Part shown: positions 9,684 to 19,496 of the stretch, in pieces
How the letters are laid out: every line of letters begins with the position of its first letter
Numbering within the stretch: position 1 is the stretch's first letter
Virus record (IMG/VR): IMGVR_UViG_3300030095_000973
Location: 1 to 31,190 of that record
From: a virus
Lineage: Duplodnaviria; Caudoviricetes
Length of the DNA: 31,190 bases
Reading direction: 5' to 3' (one strand)
Position numbers and translations under genes: made by a program
Notes under the pieces: generated by a model
What the model was told of the DNA's origin: nothing
What the model saw: the letters and a program-made list of their open reading frames with translations, nothing else
Databases searched by the model: none

Positions 9684-10388
9684 ATGGCAGTAAACATAAA
9701 CAGGGTATATCAAAAGGTTTTAGCCTTGCTTAACAAAGAGCAAAGAGGCTATTTAACACCACAAGAATTTAACTTATTAGCAGATAGAGCTCAAAATGAA
9801 ATATATGAAGCTTATTTTCATAAAGCTAGAAACTCTAATGCTAAACTAAAAGATGACGATACGCATACAGATACTTTAGAAATGCTAGAGGCTAAGTTAT
9901 CTCCTTTTTTAAAATCAGAAACAAATACTAACGTTTCTAGTGGCGTAATGACGCTTCCAACAGATTTATATAAATTAGATATTGTAAAAATAGGAACTAA
10001 TCTTGCTACAGAGATAAATAAAAAAGAAGAACATTATATTACTTCTCTTGGTGAAACTGGTTCGGTATTATATCCTAAAACAGCAAGGCCTATATTTACT
10101 AGAGCATCATCTACAACAATTAGAATAACGCCATCACCTATTGATAGCGCTAGTTGCACTGTTAATTATTACAAAGAGCCGGCTACTCCAAATTGGGGTT
10201 ACGTTGTTGCTAATCAAAAAGCTTTATATAATGTTAATAATAGCACAAACTTTGAATTAGCGATATCAGAAGAGGAGCCATTAGTTTCAAAAATATTAAT
10301 GTTATCTGGCGTTGTAACAAAACAACAAGACATAGGTCAGGTTGGGGCAAACGCTATACAAATGACTAATCAAGAACAAAATAGTTAA
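9684..10388 (+). CDS. Head-tail adaptor / tail ring protein
   Basis: N-terminal helical pair (VYQKVLALLNKEQRGYLTPQEFNLLADRAQ), a TLPTDLY motif, a beta-rich middle and a C-terminal helix. This is the usual podovirus adaptor/ring layout, and the synteny agrees. Confidence 0.6.
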   Translation: MAVNINRVYQKVLALLNKEQRGYLTPQEFNLLADRAQNEIYEAYFHKARNSNAKLKDDDTHTDTLEMLEAKLSPFLKSETNTNVSSGVMTLPTDLYKLDIVKIGTNLATEINKKEEHYITSLGETGSVLYPKTARPIFTRASSTTIRITPSPIDSASCTVNYYKEPATPNWGYVVANQKALYNVNNSTNFELAISEEEPLVSKILMLSGVVTKQQDIGQVGANAIQMTNQEQNS

Positions 10389-10390
10389 TT

Positions 10391-11695
10391 ATGGGATTAT
10401 TAGGAACAACAACTCAAGCTTCTTATTATACAGGTAGTGATTTTGGTACATATCAATTTGTTAATCTTGATACTATCATAAACAACTTTATGTATATTTA
10501 TGTAGGTGAAAATAAAATAGTAAATAAAGTAAATAGAACCGACGTTCAGTTTCATGCCATGAGGGCGTTACAGGAATTATCATACGATGTTTTACGTTCT
10601 TTTAAATCTCAAGAAATAGAAGTTCCTAATACTTTAAAAATGATGCTACCGCAAGATTATGTTAATTATGTAAAATTAACTAAATTAAGCAGTGATGGCA
10701 TCGAAAGAGTTTTATATCCTACTAGTAAAACTTCTAATCCATTTGCTATAACTCAAACTACAGACGGTACATATTCACTTGATATAGCTAGAAGAAAAGT
10801 TACAATAATAATACCAGCTAATGGAGCGTCTGATATTACTGATGGAGATTTCATTTCATTAATATGGAAAACATCTACGCCTACAAGATTGCATATTATA
10901 TTTGATAAAGATAGCGATATTACTGATGGTATTGCCGCTACAGATATTGCTTCTATTAAAACTGGTATTATTCTAGCTGGTAGCGAAACTCAACAACAAG
11001 TTGTTGACGCTTTAATTACTAATATTAATGCACTTGGTTATCATACAGCCACTGATCTTGGTGGTGGTGCTTTGCAGGTAGAATATCCCGCTGGTATAGC
11101 ATCTAGTAGTTCAGTTAACACAACAAGCTCTGAAGGTATTTATCCAGCTGGCGCAACTGGTGGCTCGGAATCAAACACAACAAATATGACTATGGCTGTA
11201 ACTACTAATGGTGCTTCTTCAGCAGAAACTTTATTAGAACAAACACCTAGTAACACATTAGATAATTTTTCAGACACAACACAGTCAGATCCAGACTCTG
11301 ATGATTCTACGGATATAGAAATAGATTATAGAGGTAGAAGATACGGATTAGATCCACAACACGCTCAATCTAATGGAACTTTTTATATAGATAATCTTAG
11401 AGGCCATATACACTTTGGATCTTCGTTAGCTGGTGAAACTATAATATTAAAATATGTTAGTGATGGAGCTGGCACAGACGATGAAATGGTTATACATAAA
11501 TTTTGCGAAGAGGCTTGTTATAAATGGATTATGTATGGTGTATTATCTGGAAGATCTAATATACCTGAATATTTAGTTCAAAGATTTAAAAAAGAAAAGT
11601 TTGCTGAAACTAGAAAAGCAAAGATTAGATTATCAAATATTAAAATTGAAGAATTTACTCAAGTGTTAAAAGGCATGAGTAAACAAATTAAATAA
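10391..11695 (+). CDS. Second tail ring/adaptor-like structural protein with an internal inserted domain
   Basis: Helical N-terminus, LPQDYVNYVKL motif (parallel to LPTDLYKL of the previous gene) and a C-terminal ILKYVSDG...EEACYKWI. Precedes the nozzle gene. Confidence 0.6.
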   Translation: MGLLGTTTQASYYTGSDFGTYQFVNLDTIINNFMYIYVGENKIVNKVNRTDVQFHAMRALQELSYDVLRSFKSQEIEVPNTLKMMLPQDYVNYVKLTKLSSDGIERVLYPTSKTSNPFAITQTTDGTYSLDIARRKVTIIIPANGASDITDGDFISLIWKTSTPTRLHIIFDKDSDITDGIAATDIASIKTGIILAGSETQQQVVDALITNINALGYHTATDLGGGALQVEYPAGIASSSSVNTTSSEGIYPAGATGGSESNTTNMTMAVTTNGASSAETLLEQTPSNTLDNFSDTTQSDPDSDDSTDIEIDYRGRRYGLDPQHAQSNGTFYIDNLRGHIHFGSSLAGETIILKYVSDGAGTDDEMVIHKFCEEACYKWIMYGVLSGRSNIPEYLVQRFKKEKFAETRKAKIRLSNIKIEEFTQVLKGMSKQIK

Positions 11696-11697
11696 TT

Positions 11698-14600
11698 ATG
11701 CCAGAGATTAAACGTACTTTTTCAAAAGCTAAAATGAACAAAGATCTCGATGAGAGAATTGTTCCTAATGGCGAATATAGAGACGCTATGAACATTCAGG
11801 TGTCTACATCTGATGCTGATGCTAGCACTGGTATAGGTAATGTTGGCGTTGTTCAAAATCTTCAAGGTAATAAAGAAATAAGAACTGTTACAAACGCTAC
11901 CGAAGGTTATGATAACGCTAAGTCTAAAATAATAGCTAGCGTTGCAGATGAAGGTAATAACAAAGCGTATTTTTTTACAGCGGCTCCAGTGCCAATAGAT
12001 GGTATAATTGAAGGAATAAGTCCAGCGGATATAACTAGTGAAAAACATTGGGTTGATAGTATAACTGAAGTAGAAGCTGTTGGGCAAGGTAATGATTGTA
12101 AATTTATATTTGTAGACAAGTTTGCTGTTACTAGCACAATGGCGCAAGCGGTAGATCAAACAGTTTCTTTAGTTACAGGTGATAATTTTTCAAATGGTTA
12201 TACGCAGCTAGCAGTTTTAGATGGTACAAAGTATAGAGTTGGTATGCGAATATACGCGCAAAAAACCGACAATACTAATATGTTTTCAGATGGTGATAAC
12301 GAGTATGTTACAATAGTCGCTATAGTTGGAAATAACTTAATGCTTTCTACTGAACAAACAGCAAATTATACTTTAGCTAGCGTATTTAAATTTATTCACC
12401 CAGATAAAGTATTAGAGTTTAATTATTATAAAGGTGACGCATTTAATTCACTAAATTTAATTCCATCTGCTTCTATAAATATTTTAAATAATTTATTAAT
12501 GTGGTCTGATGGTGAACATGAGCCTAAAAAAATAAATATAGAAAGATGCGAAGCCGGAACAAACATAAACGATAATGATAATGACGGCAAAACTCAGACT
12601 AAGCTTTTTGTAAAAGATTGCAATGTAGATCAATTAGTAAATATAGACACGTTAGAATTTCTTGAGTTAAATTATGTTTCCTCAGATATTAAAAAAGAAA
12701 ACATAACAGTAATAAAAAAACCACCTATTCTGCCGCCTAATATTGAAATGAGCGTTAGTGATAGAGAGGGAGTAAGTAGTTTTCCTTTAACTGGTTATTC
12801 TTTTGTTGTAGACAATCCACCTGAAGCTGGAGATGAAAGGAATATTCTTTTCCCAGATATTATAAATTTTAGAGAAGGTGATATTTACACCTTTACAGCG
12901 GCTAATGCGTTAGAGCCAGTTACTATTAGAGGTCAAATAATTGATATAAGTCCTGATGATAATAATCCAAATCCAAATGAATGTATAGTAAGATTATTAT
13001 TTGTAGATAGTGATTTATCAACAGTTAATAATCCAACTTCTTGGGATGTTGAGTTAGAAACTAAAAGACCTTTTTTTGAAGCTAAATTCGGTAGGTTTGG
13101 ATATAGATATCAATATGAAGATAACGAATATTCTAGTTTTTCTCCTTGGTCTGAGCTAGCTTTTTTACCTGGCGAGTTTGAATATACACCTCAAAAGGGC
13201 TTTAATGAAGGAATGGCTAATTCGGTTAGAATTTTAAAAGTTAAAGACTTTTTACCTAACGTACACTCAAGGCCACTTGACGTAAAGTCAATAGATGTAT
13301 TGTGGAAAACAACAGACGATAGCAACGTGTATATAGTTAAAACTATAAAAAGAGGATTAGATCCTGAGTGGAAAGACATGATTGCTAATTTTAGTTTAAG
13401 TAACACAGGCAAGCTTGATATAACATCTGAAATGATATATAAAGTAGTAGAGGCTAATCAATTACTTAGAGCGTGGGATAATGTTCCAAGATATGCAAGA
13501 GCTCAAGGCATAACCGGCAATAGATTAGTATACGGAAACTATACGCAAGGATATCAAATGAAAGCTAATATTGGATTAAAAACTAATATAATTTCAGATG
13601 TAGTGCCTTTTCCAGATCCAAGAAAATCAGTTAAATCAATTAGAAATTATCAATTTGGTTTAGTATTAGGAGATAAATACGGTAGAGAAACTCCAGTAAT
13701 ATCAAGTGGATATAAAGATGAAAACGGAAATCTTATAGATGGCAGTATTAAAGTTGAGAAAAGTTTAGCAAGTTTTGCTAATAGGTTTAAAGTGCAGCCA
13801 AAATGGACTGAATCTAGTCCTTATTATATGAAGTGGATAGATTATATAAAGTATTATGTAAAAGAAACTTCTAACGAATATTATAATTTAGTATTAGATA
13901 GATGGTACAACGCTGGAGATGATAACATATGGTTATCATTTAATTCAGCTGATAGAAATAAAGTTAGCGAAGAAACATATCTAATATTAAAAAACGAACA
14001 TGGTAGTCAAAGAACTGTAGATGAAAAAGCTAGATATAAAATTATAGCAATAGAAAACGAAGCTCCTGATTTTATAAAAACAGTTAATAAAGATTTTCCT
14101 TTAGAAGAAATGGCGGCAAAGCATGTTTTTGGTTCTGACGGCAGTGGTAACGCACTTACACCTTCTGACGGACACCCAGATAATATAATATCAGATGGTA
14201 ACCCAGGGTCGCAAAGTGGTATTGATAGAATTTTACTAGCATCAGCTGAAGGAGATGATAATCCGTTTTTAGATTCTTTAGAGTTTAAGGGTATTCCAAA
14301 GCTTGCAATTGTTGGTACTTACACGGAAAATGGTGTTACGTACACAGCAACTAGCCCATTTAGACGTATTACTAGAATTATAAAAGGCGGTAGTAATGGT
14401 GGTGAATATGGTTTTGGTATAAACGAATCTTTTAGTTTATCTGACGTGTTTATGTACCAAAAAATACAAATACAACTACCGGACGCTAGCACTTTAGGTA
14501 CAGCATCTAACGCGACTACTAATAATTTAATAAAATACAATATTAAACTAAGAGACGCTGTTGTAGAAAACAAGCCAGAGTTTGATGGTAAATTTTTTGC

Positions 14601-17502
14601 AAAAATAGCTAAAGACAATGTTTTAGAAAATAAAGTTTTAGGTGATTCATTAGGCGAATACCAAACAATAAGTAGTTATCAAATAGGATATATAGCTGAT
14701 AACATAACTAATCCAGCTGAAAATGCAAATGAGTATGCTTCTGAAATGTCTTATGAAGACCAAACTTGGGATAGTTATAATGACAACGACGTGTTTACTA
14801 ATGCAGATATAGAAGGCACAACAAATGGTTTACCTAACTTTATAGCTAGTAGCGAAAATAACTCAGACTTTTGGACACTACTAGCTAACAACCCAAATAG
14901 ATCGGCTGAAATATTTATTGATCAAGCGCCTGCGTTTAGCGGCTTTAATATACGCTCGCAGACGCAAGACATGGGTAACAGTTTCAATATTGCAGACGAA
15001 GATATAATAAATACTGAGGGTGATATTAACCAAGCAAACTATCACCCACCAGGCTTAACAAACGGCGCTTTTACTGGAGGGCAAGGAATGGGGCAGATTG
15101 CTTTTTCTATTGTAGGACCAAACGGTTTTAGTGGTTCTAATTCTTATTTTAAAACTAAAATGATGACTCCTGGAACGTTATTTAGATTTGCTGACGATCC
15201 TAATCAAAGTGTTTATAGAATTTTTGGTGGAACCGAAACACAAGAAGGTAATGTTAAAGATTTCCCTTTTGAAATAACTGGTATTAAAAACTTTAATCCT
15301 GATGATGATGTAAATCAAGACCACGTAGATAGAACAACTATAATAACAAGGTTTTCAAGAGTAGCTAATGATAATAGTAACTCTGGAGAAGGATTAGATG
15401 AAATGATTTGGGATCCTAGAGGAACAGTTAAACATAATGGTGTAGGAAGTATGGCTATTGAACTTGTGCAAAGAGTTTCAGTTCAAAGTCTTTCTGAAAA
15501 TTCTATATCTACGTCAGCGGCTTGTTTTGAAACAGAGCCTAAAGAAGATGTTGGTTTAGATATATACTATGAAGTTACAGGTGGTATACCAACAAGATTA
15601 AATGAAAATAATATCATACAATATACTGGCGCTAATCAAATTGAAGAAAGAGCTGCTAAATTTTCTGTTGGCAATAGAAAAGTCACTGGCGTTACTAATA
15701 ACGAGGTGGTTAATTTAACAGGAGATCCTTACGTTTACAGTACTGGAATAACTGCTGTAAACATTCATAGAAGAGTTAACGGCGTACTACAGGCTTTAAA
15801 AACTATAATTGATAATAGTCTAACACCTCCTGAAAGTGATTGCGTATGCGCGGCTATAGATGACTACGTATCTTTTACACATCCTAATGGTTTAGTTACT
15901 AAATCTAGAGTAACTGATCACGGAAAAATGCAAGTGGGCTTATTAGCTAACGGTCCTGTAGTAGTGCCCTCAGATCGTTATACACTAACGGGTAGCGGTG
16001 TAAATAGTGATAATGCAAATATCGATCACTTTATTACTGTAAGCATCGGTGACTCTAATTATAGTAATTTAGAAGTTGGAATGCAAGTAACTGGAGACAA
16101 TGTCAAAGCTGGAACTTTTGTTAAAAGCATACAAGGTGCTTCGCTTAAAATAAATAAACCTTTAATAACAGCAGGTAGTTCTAGTTTTACATTTATTGAT
16201 ATAACTGGCACGTTTATAATAGATGACGAGGTTTGGAATTATCCAGTCGAACTACCATGGTTTAATTGTTATTCATTTGGTAATGGCGTTGAATCTGATA
16301 GAATAAGAGATGATTTTAACACACCTCAAATCGATAACGGTGTAAAAGCATCGTCTACATTTTTAGAATACGGAGAAGAAAATAAATCTAGTAGTATGAT
16401 ATATTCAGGTATATATAATTCTACCTCAAGCACGAATGGCTTGAATCAATTTAATATGGCTGAAAAAATAACTAAAGATTTAAATACTACTTATGGCTCT
16501 ATACAAGCTATAAAAGTTAGAGATAATGATGTTGTTGTTTTTGCAGAAGACAAAGTATTAAAAGTAATGTCAAGTGGTAAAGATGTTTTATTTAACGCCG
16601 GCGGAAAAAAACAATTAACAGCAACTGATTTAGTTTTAGGAAACTCAACACCTTTTGCTGGAGATTATGGTATATCTAAAAATCCAGAATCTTTAGCTAC
16701 AGACGCATACAGAATGTATTTTACTGATAAACAAAGAGGTGCCGTGTTAAGGCTTTCAGGTAATGGCATAACTCCTATATCTGATGTTGGTATGAAAGGT
16801 TACTTTAGAGAAAAATTAAAATATTATATTAATATGCCTGGATCGTTTGATGGCGTTAATGATGAATATAATCTTTCTTTACTTGACACGTCAAAATTTA
16901 CTAGCGCTGTAGATAAAACTATCTCATTTAATGAAAAATCAAAAGGTTGGATTAGCTTTAAATCGTTTGTACCATTAACAGCGGTTAGTGTTGCTGACAG
17001 GTATTATTCAGTTAAAAATAATAAAATTTATGAGCACTATGATGACAGCGCTAATAGGAATACTTTTTACGGAAGCTTTACTGAATCTAGTGTAGATGTA
17101 TTATTTAATGAGTCACCAGGCTCTGTTAAATCTTTTAAAGCTGTAAACTATGAAGGCACTCAAAGTAAAGTTAATCAATCTACAGGGGAAAGCGTAGACG
17201 ATGTAAGTTATAACGATGAAGAGTATTATAACTTAAATCCAAATATTACAGGTTGGTATGTTGACTTAATAACAACAAATAAACAAACTGGTAACGTTCC
17301 TGAGTTTATTGAAAAAGAAGGTAAATGGTTTAATTACATTAAAGGCGAAGCAAGCTACTGGACTAACTCTTCTAATAATAATATAGATACTAGCGAGTTT
17401 TCAGTACAAGGTATAGGTTTTCCTTTAATAAATCCAACAGATACACAGACAGAAAGTGAAGTAACAACACAAGCAACAGATCCTGACGGAGAAAATTTAT
17501 AA
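11698..17502 (+). CDS. Tail nozzle/muzzle (stabilization) protein, P22 gp10 / T7 gp12-like, enlarged by insertions
   Basis: 1934 aa, beta-rich. N-terminal MNKDLDER...EYRDAMNI. C-terminal propeller-like motifs YGSIQ, DYGISKNPES, YFTDKQRGAVLRL, ISDVGM and GWISF. Position after the ring proteins. Confidence 0.72.
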   Translation: MPEIKRTFSKAKMNKDLDERIVPNGEYRDAMNIQVSTSDADASTGIGNVGVVQNLQGNKEIRTVTNATEGYDNAKSKIIASVADEGNNKAYFFTAAPVPIDGIIEGISPADITSEKHWVDSITEVEAVGQGNDCKFIFVDKFAVTSTMAQAVDQTVSLVTGDNFSNGYTQLAVLDGTKYRVGMRIYAQKTDNTNMFSDGDNEYVTIVAIVGNNLMLSTEQTANYTLASVFKFIHPDKVLEFNYYKGDAFNSLNLIPSASINILNNLLMWSDGEHEPKKINIERCEAGTNINDNDNDGKTQTKLFVKDCNVDQLVNIDTLEFLELNYVSSDIKKENITVIKKPPILPPNIEMSVSDREGVSSFPLTGYSFVVDNPPEAGDERNILFPDIINFREGDIYTFTAANALEPVTIRGQIIDISPDDNNPNPNECIVRLLFVDSDLSTVNNPTSWDVELETKRPFFEAKFGRFGYRYQYEDNEYSSFSPWSELAFLPGEFEYTPQKGFNEGMANSVRILKVKDFLPNVHSRPLDVKSIDVLWKTTDDSNVYIVKTIKRGLDPEWKDMIANFSLSNTGKLDITSEMIYKVVEANQLLRAWDNVPRYARAQGITGNRLVYGNYTQGYQMKANIGLKTNIISDVVPFPDPRKSVKSIRNYQFGLVLGDKYGRETPVISSGYKDENGNLIDGSIKVEKSLASFANRFKVQPKWTESSPYYMKWIDYIKYYVKETSNEYYNLVLDRWYNAGDDNIWLSFNSADRNKVSEETYLILKNEHGSQRTVDEKARYKIIAIENEAPDFIKTVNKDFPLEEMAAKHVFGSDGSGNALTPSDGHPDNIISDGNPGSQSGIDRILLASAEGDDNPFLDSLEFKGIPKLAIVGTYTENGVTYTATSPFRRITRIIKGGSNGGEYGFGINESFSLSDVFMYQKIQIQLPDASTLGTASNATTNNLIKYNIKLRDAVVENKPEFDGKFFAKIAKDNVLENKVLGDSLGEYQTISSYQIGYIADNITNPAENANEYASEMSYEDQTWDSYNDNDVFTNADIEGTTNGLPNFIASSENNSDFWTLLANNPNRSAEIFIDQAPAFSGFNIRSQTQDMGNSFNIADEDIINTEGDINQANYHPPGLTNGAFTGGQGMGQIAFSIVGPNGFSGSNSYFKTKMMTPGTLFRFADDPNQSVYRIFGGTETQEGNVKDFPFEITGIKNFNPDDDVNQDHVDRTTIITRFSRVANDNSNSGEGLDEMIWDPRGTVKHNGVGSMAIELVQRVSVQSLSENSISTSAACFETEPKEDVGLDIYYEVTGGIPTRLNENNIIQYTGANQIEERAAKFSVGNRKVTGVTNNEVVNLTGDPYVYSTGITAVNIHRRVNGVLQALKTIIDNSLTPPESDCVCAAIDDYVSFTHPNGLVTKSRVTDHGKMQVGLLANGPVVVPSDRYTLTGSGVNSDNANIDHFITVSIGDSNYSNLEVGMQVTGDNVKAGTFVKSIQGASLKINKPLITAGSSSFTFIDITGTFIIDDEVWNYPVELPWFNCYSFGNGVESDRIRDDFNTPQIDNGVKASSTFLEYGEENKSSSMIYSGIYNSTSSTNGLNQFNMAEKITKDLNTTYGSIQAIKVRDNDVVVFAEDKVLKVMSSGKDVLFNAGGKKQLTATDLVLGNSTPFAGDYGISKNPESLATDAYRMYFTDKQRGAVLRLSGNGITPISDVGMKGYFREKLKYYINMPGSFDGVNDEYNLSLLDTSKFTSAVDKTISFNEKSKGWISFKSFVPLTAVSVADRYYSVKNNKIYEHYDDSANRNTFYGSFTESSVDVLFNESPGSVKSFKAVNYEGTQSKVNQSTGESVDDVSYNDEEYYNLNPNITGWYVDLITTNKQTGNVPEFIEKEGKWFNYIKGEASYWTNSSNNNIDTSEFSVQGIGFPLINPTDTQTESEVTTQATDPDGENL

Positions 17503-17512
17503 AATTTAAAAC

Positions 17513-19066
17513 ATGGCATATAACTATACAGTATCAGAATATGTATTTACAGAAGCGGTAACCGACGCGGTTTATGCTGGGAATATGGTTAGCGGAGGAA
17601 CTATGATTATAACTCCTAATGATGGTTATGTTGTTTCAGCTTCTAGCTTTTCGGCTTCAGGTACTTTACCTGGTCAGTTTGCTAGTATAGCATTTACTGA
17701 TAGTGCTGTTGCAGGTGAAATAAATAATACTGTTATTATTACGTTTACATTTTCTACGTTATTTGAAATGTCGCCAGGTTTAAACACTATAACCTTACCA
17801 ATAACTGGTCACGCTGATTTAATAGGAACTAAACGCTATATAGACTTTGATATAGATTTTATTGATAATACAATTAAAAATTTAAACGGAAGTTCTACTG
17901 TAGAAAAACTTGGTTCAGCTGTAACTAAAACTGGACCAACTACGGTTAGTAGCGTAACCACAACAAATTTATCTGCAACAAATGTAACAGCTGATTACTT
18001 TGCTCAAATAGGTACTTTAACTGTAACAGCAGATGATTCTCCTAGCATATGTAATTTTATAAATCCACCTACTATTGAATTAGTTAACATGCCTGAAGGC
18101 TCTGTTTCTTTACAACTAGAATCTATTACTAGAAGAGACGGCGAAACAGACACTGTTAAAATATGGGTTTACAAAATAATGTTTATTAGTGAGTTTAGTA
18201 TAACTGAATTATCTGGAGCTAAAGTTCTTATAAATTATACTGGCGTTGTTGCAAGAAGTACAACTAAAGAAATAAAACAAATTACGTTTGGCGAGCCTGA
18301 AGTTGCTGTTCAAGGAGGTAGAAAAGTTATAAAAATAATGGGTGATGTTGGTGCTGAGTTTGATCTGACAATAACTAAAAATAGTAACAACACATCTATA
18401 ATGGACACTAATGTAGCTAATGCTGATATTATACATATTCCAGCTGGCTTGCTTAGAGGTTTAAATAAAACACTAACTACTGACACCACTGGTCAATTGT
18501 TTTCTACTTTTGAAATTTTACAAGTATTTCCTTCAACGTCCTCTAACGAAATATATCATATAAATGTAACTCCTAAAAATGGAACTATATTAAATTCTAA
18601 CTTAGAACAATCTGCGCCACAAGGAATAATATACCAATATGTAAATCCTAAAATAACATTAAGAGCAGACGTAAGCTCTGTTAATACGTCTACTACGGTA
18701 GCTGATATAGTTTATACTGGTAGACCAAATAAAAGACCAGATCAATTAAAAAGAATGAAGGATGTAGTAGAGTTTTTTCAAATTGATTACACGTTAACTC
18801 ATGACGGTAGTGGTGGTGGAGCTTTTAGTAAAACAGCAACGACTATGGCTTGGTCTAGTACTGGTGGAACTTCTAGTTGGACTAACTCTGCTTATGATAG
18901 CGCTAGCACAACGCCAGCTAACCACGGTAATCATATTGAAATTAGTAATATAGCCACTACAGCAAGTGGCGCTACGGCCACAGTTAAGGCCGATGTTATA
19001 GTTAGAAAGTTTGGAACAGCAGAGGTTATAATGTCATTACCTTTACGAACCTTTTTTAATAGTTAA
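17513..19066 (+). CDS. Thr/Ser/Ile-rich all-beta structural protein (tail accessory, probable tandem beta-sandwich domains)
   Basis: 517 aa of alternating hydrophobic/Thr strands, located within the tail module. Confidence 0.55.
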   Translation: MAYNYTVSEYVFTEAVTDAVYAGNMVSGGTMIITPNDGYVVSASSFSASGTLPGQFASIAFTDSAVAGEINNTVIITFTFSTLFEMSPGLNTITLPITGHADLIGTKRYIDFDIDFIDNTIKNLNGSSTVEKLGSAVTKTGPTTVSSVTTTNLSATNVTADYFAQIGTLTVTADDSPSICNFINPPTIELVNMPEGSVSLQLESITRRDGETDTVKIWVYKIMFISEFSITELSGAKVLINYTGVVARSTTKEIKQITFGEPEVAVQGGRKVIKIMGDVGAEFDLTITKNSNNTSIMDTNVANADIIHIPAGLLRGLNKTLTTDTTGQLFSTFEILQVFPSTSSNEIYHINVTPKNGTILNSNLEQSAPQGIIYQYVNPKITLRADVSSVNTSTTVADIVYTGRPNKRPDQLKRMKDVVEFFQIDYTLTHDGSGGGAFSKTATTMAWSSTGGTSSWTNSAYDSASTTPANHGNHIEISNIATTASGATATVKADVIVRKFGTAEVIMSLPLRTFFNS

Positions 19067-19069
19067 ATT

Positions 19070-19456
19070 ATGTCAACAGTATCAATAACAATACAAGTAC
19101 CAAGATCAGATTATCCATCTTTGCAAATTGGAGATACAGCGTTTTATGCTAGTATATCTTCTAGCGGTGGATTTAATACTACTAGTAGTACTGATATGGA
19201 AAAAATAGGTGAAATTACAAATATAAATAATACCACCTCACTTGACGACGGTACTGAAACAACAACGTTAACATGCAATATAGCTACAACAACTCCTATA
19301 CCCACTACTTCAGATTTTATATTTTTCTCAAAAGAAAATGAAGTTAATTTAACATCGTTATTAGGATATTACGCTAAAATGCAATTTAAAAACAATTCTA
19401 CATCAAAAGCAGAGATGTTTTCTGTAGCTAGTGAAATCATTGAAAGCAGTAAATAA
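19070..19456 (+). CDS. Small tail structural protein, possibly a detached C-terminal part of the nozzle
   Basis: 128 aa, beta-rich. Contains SLQIGDTAFY and a C-terminal SLLGYYAKMQFKN...KAEMFSVASE. Confidence 0.55.
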   Translation: MSTVSITIQVPRSDYPSLQIGDTAFYASISSSGGFNTTSSTDMEKIGEITNINNTTSLDDGTETTTLTCNIATTTPIPTTSDFIFFSKENEVNLTSLLGYYAKMQFKNNSTSKAEMFSVASEIIESSK

Positions 19457-19466
19457 TAAGCAAAAA

Positions 19467-19490
19467 ATGTAACTATATAATAGTAAAATA
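19467..19490 (+). promoter_or_regulatory. Candidate phage promoter, copy 2 (ATGTAACTATATAATAGTAAAATA)
   Basis: Exact 24-bp match to 9653-9676. Intergenic, 6 nt before the ATG at 19497. Confidence 0.7.
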
Positions 19491-19496
19491 GCAATT

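Noticed and set aside
17843-17857. DFDID in the 517-aa protein, matching the catalytic motif of crAss-like virion RNA polymerases
   Set aside because: It lies in an alternating beta-strand pattern of a small Thr-rich structural protein, far too short for such a polymerase and with no other RNAP motifs.
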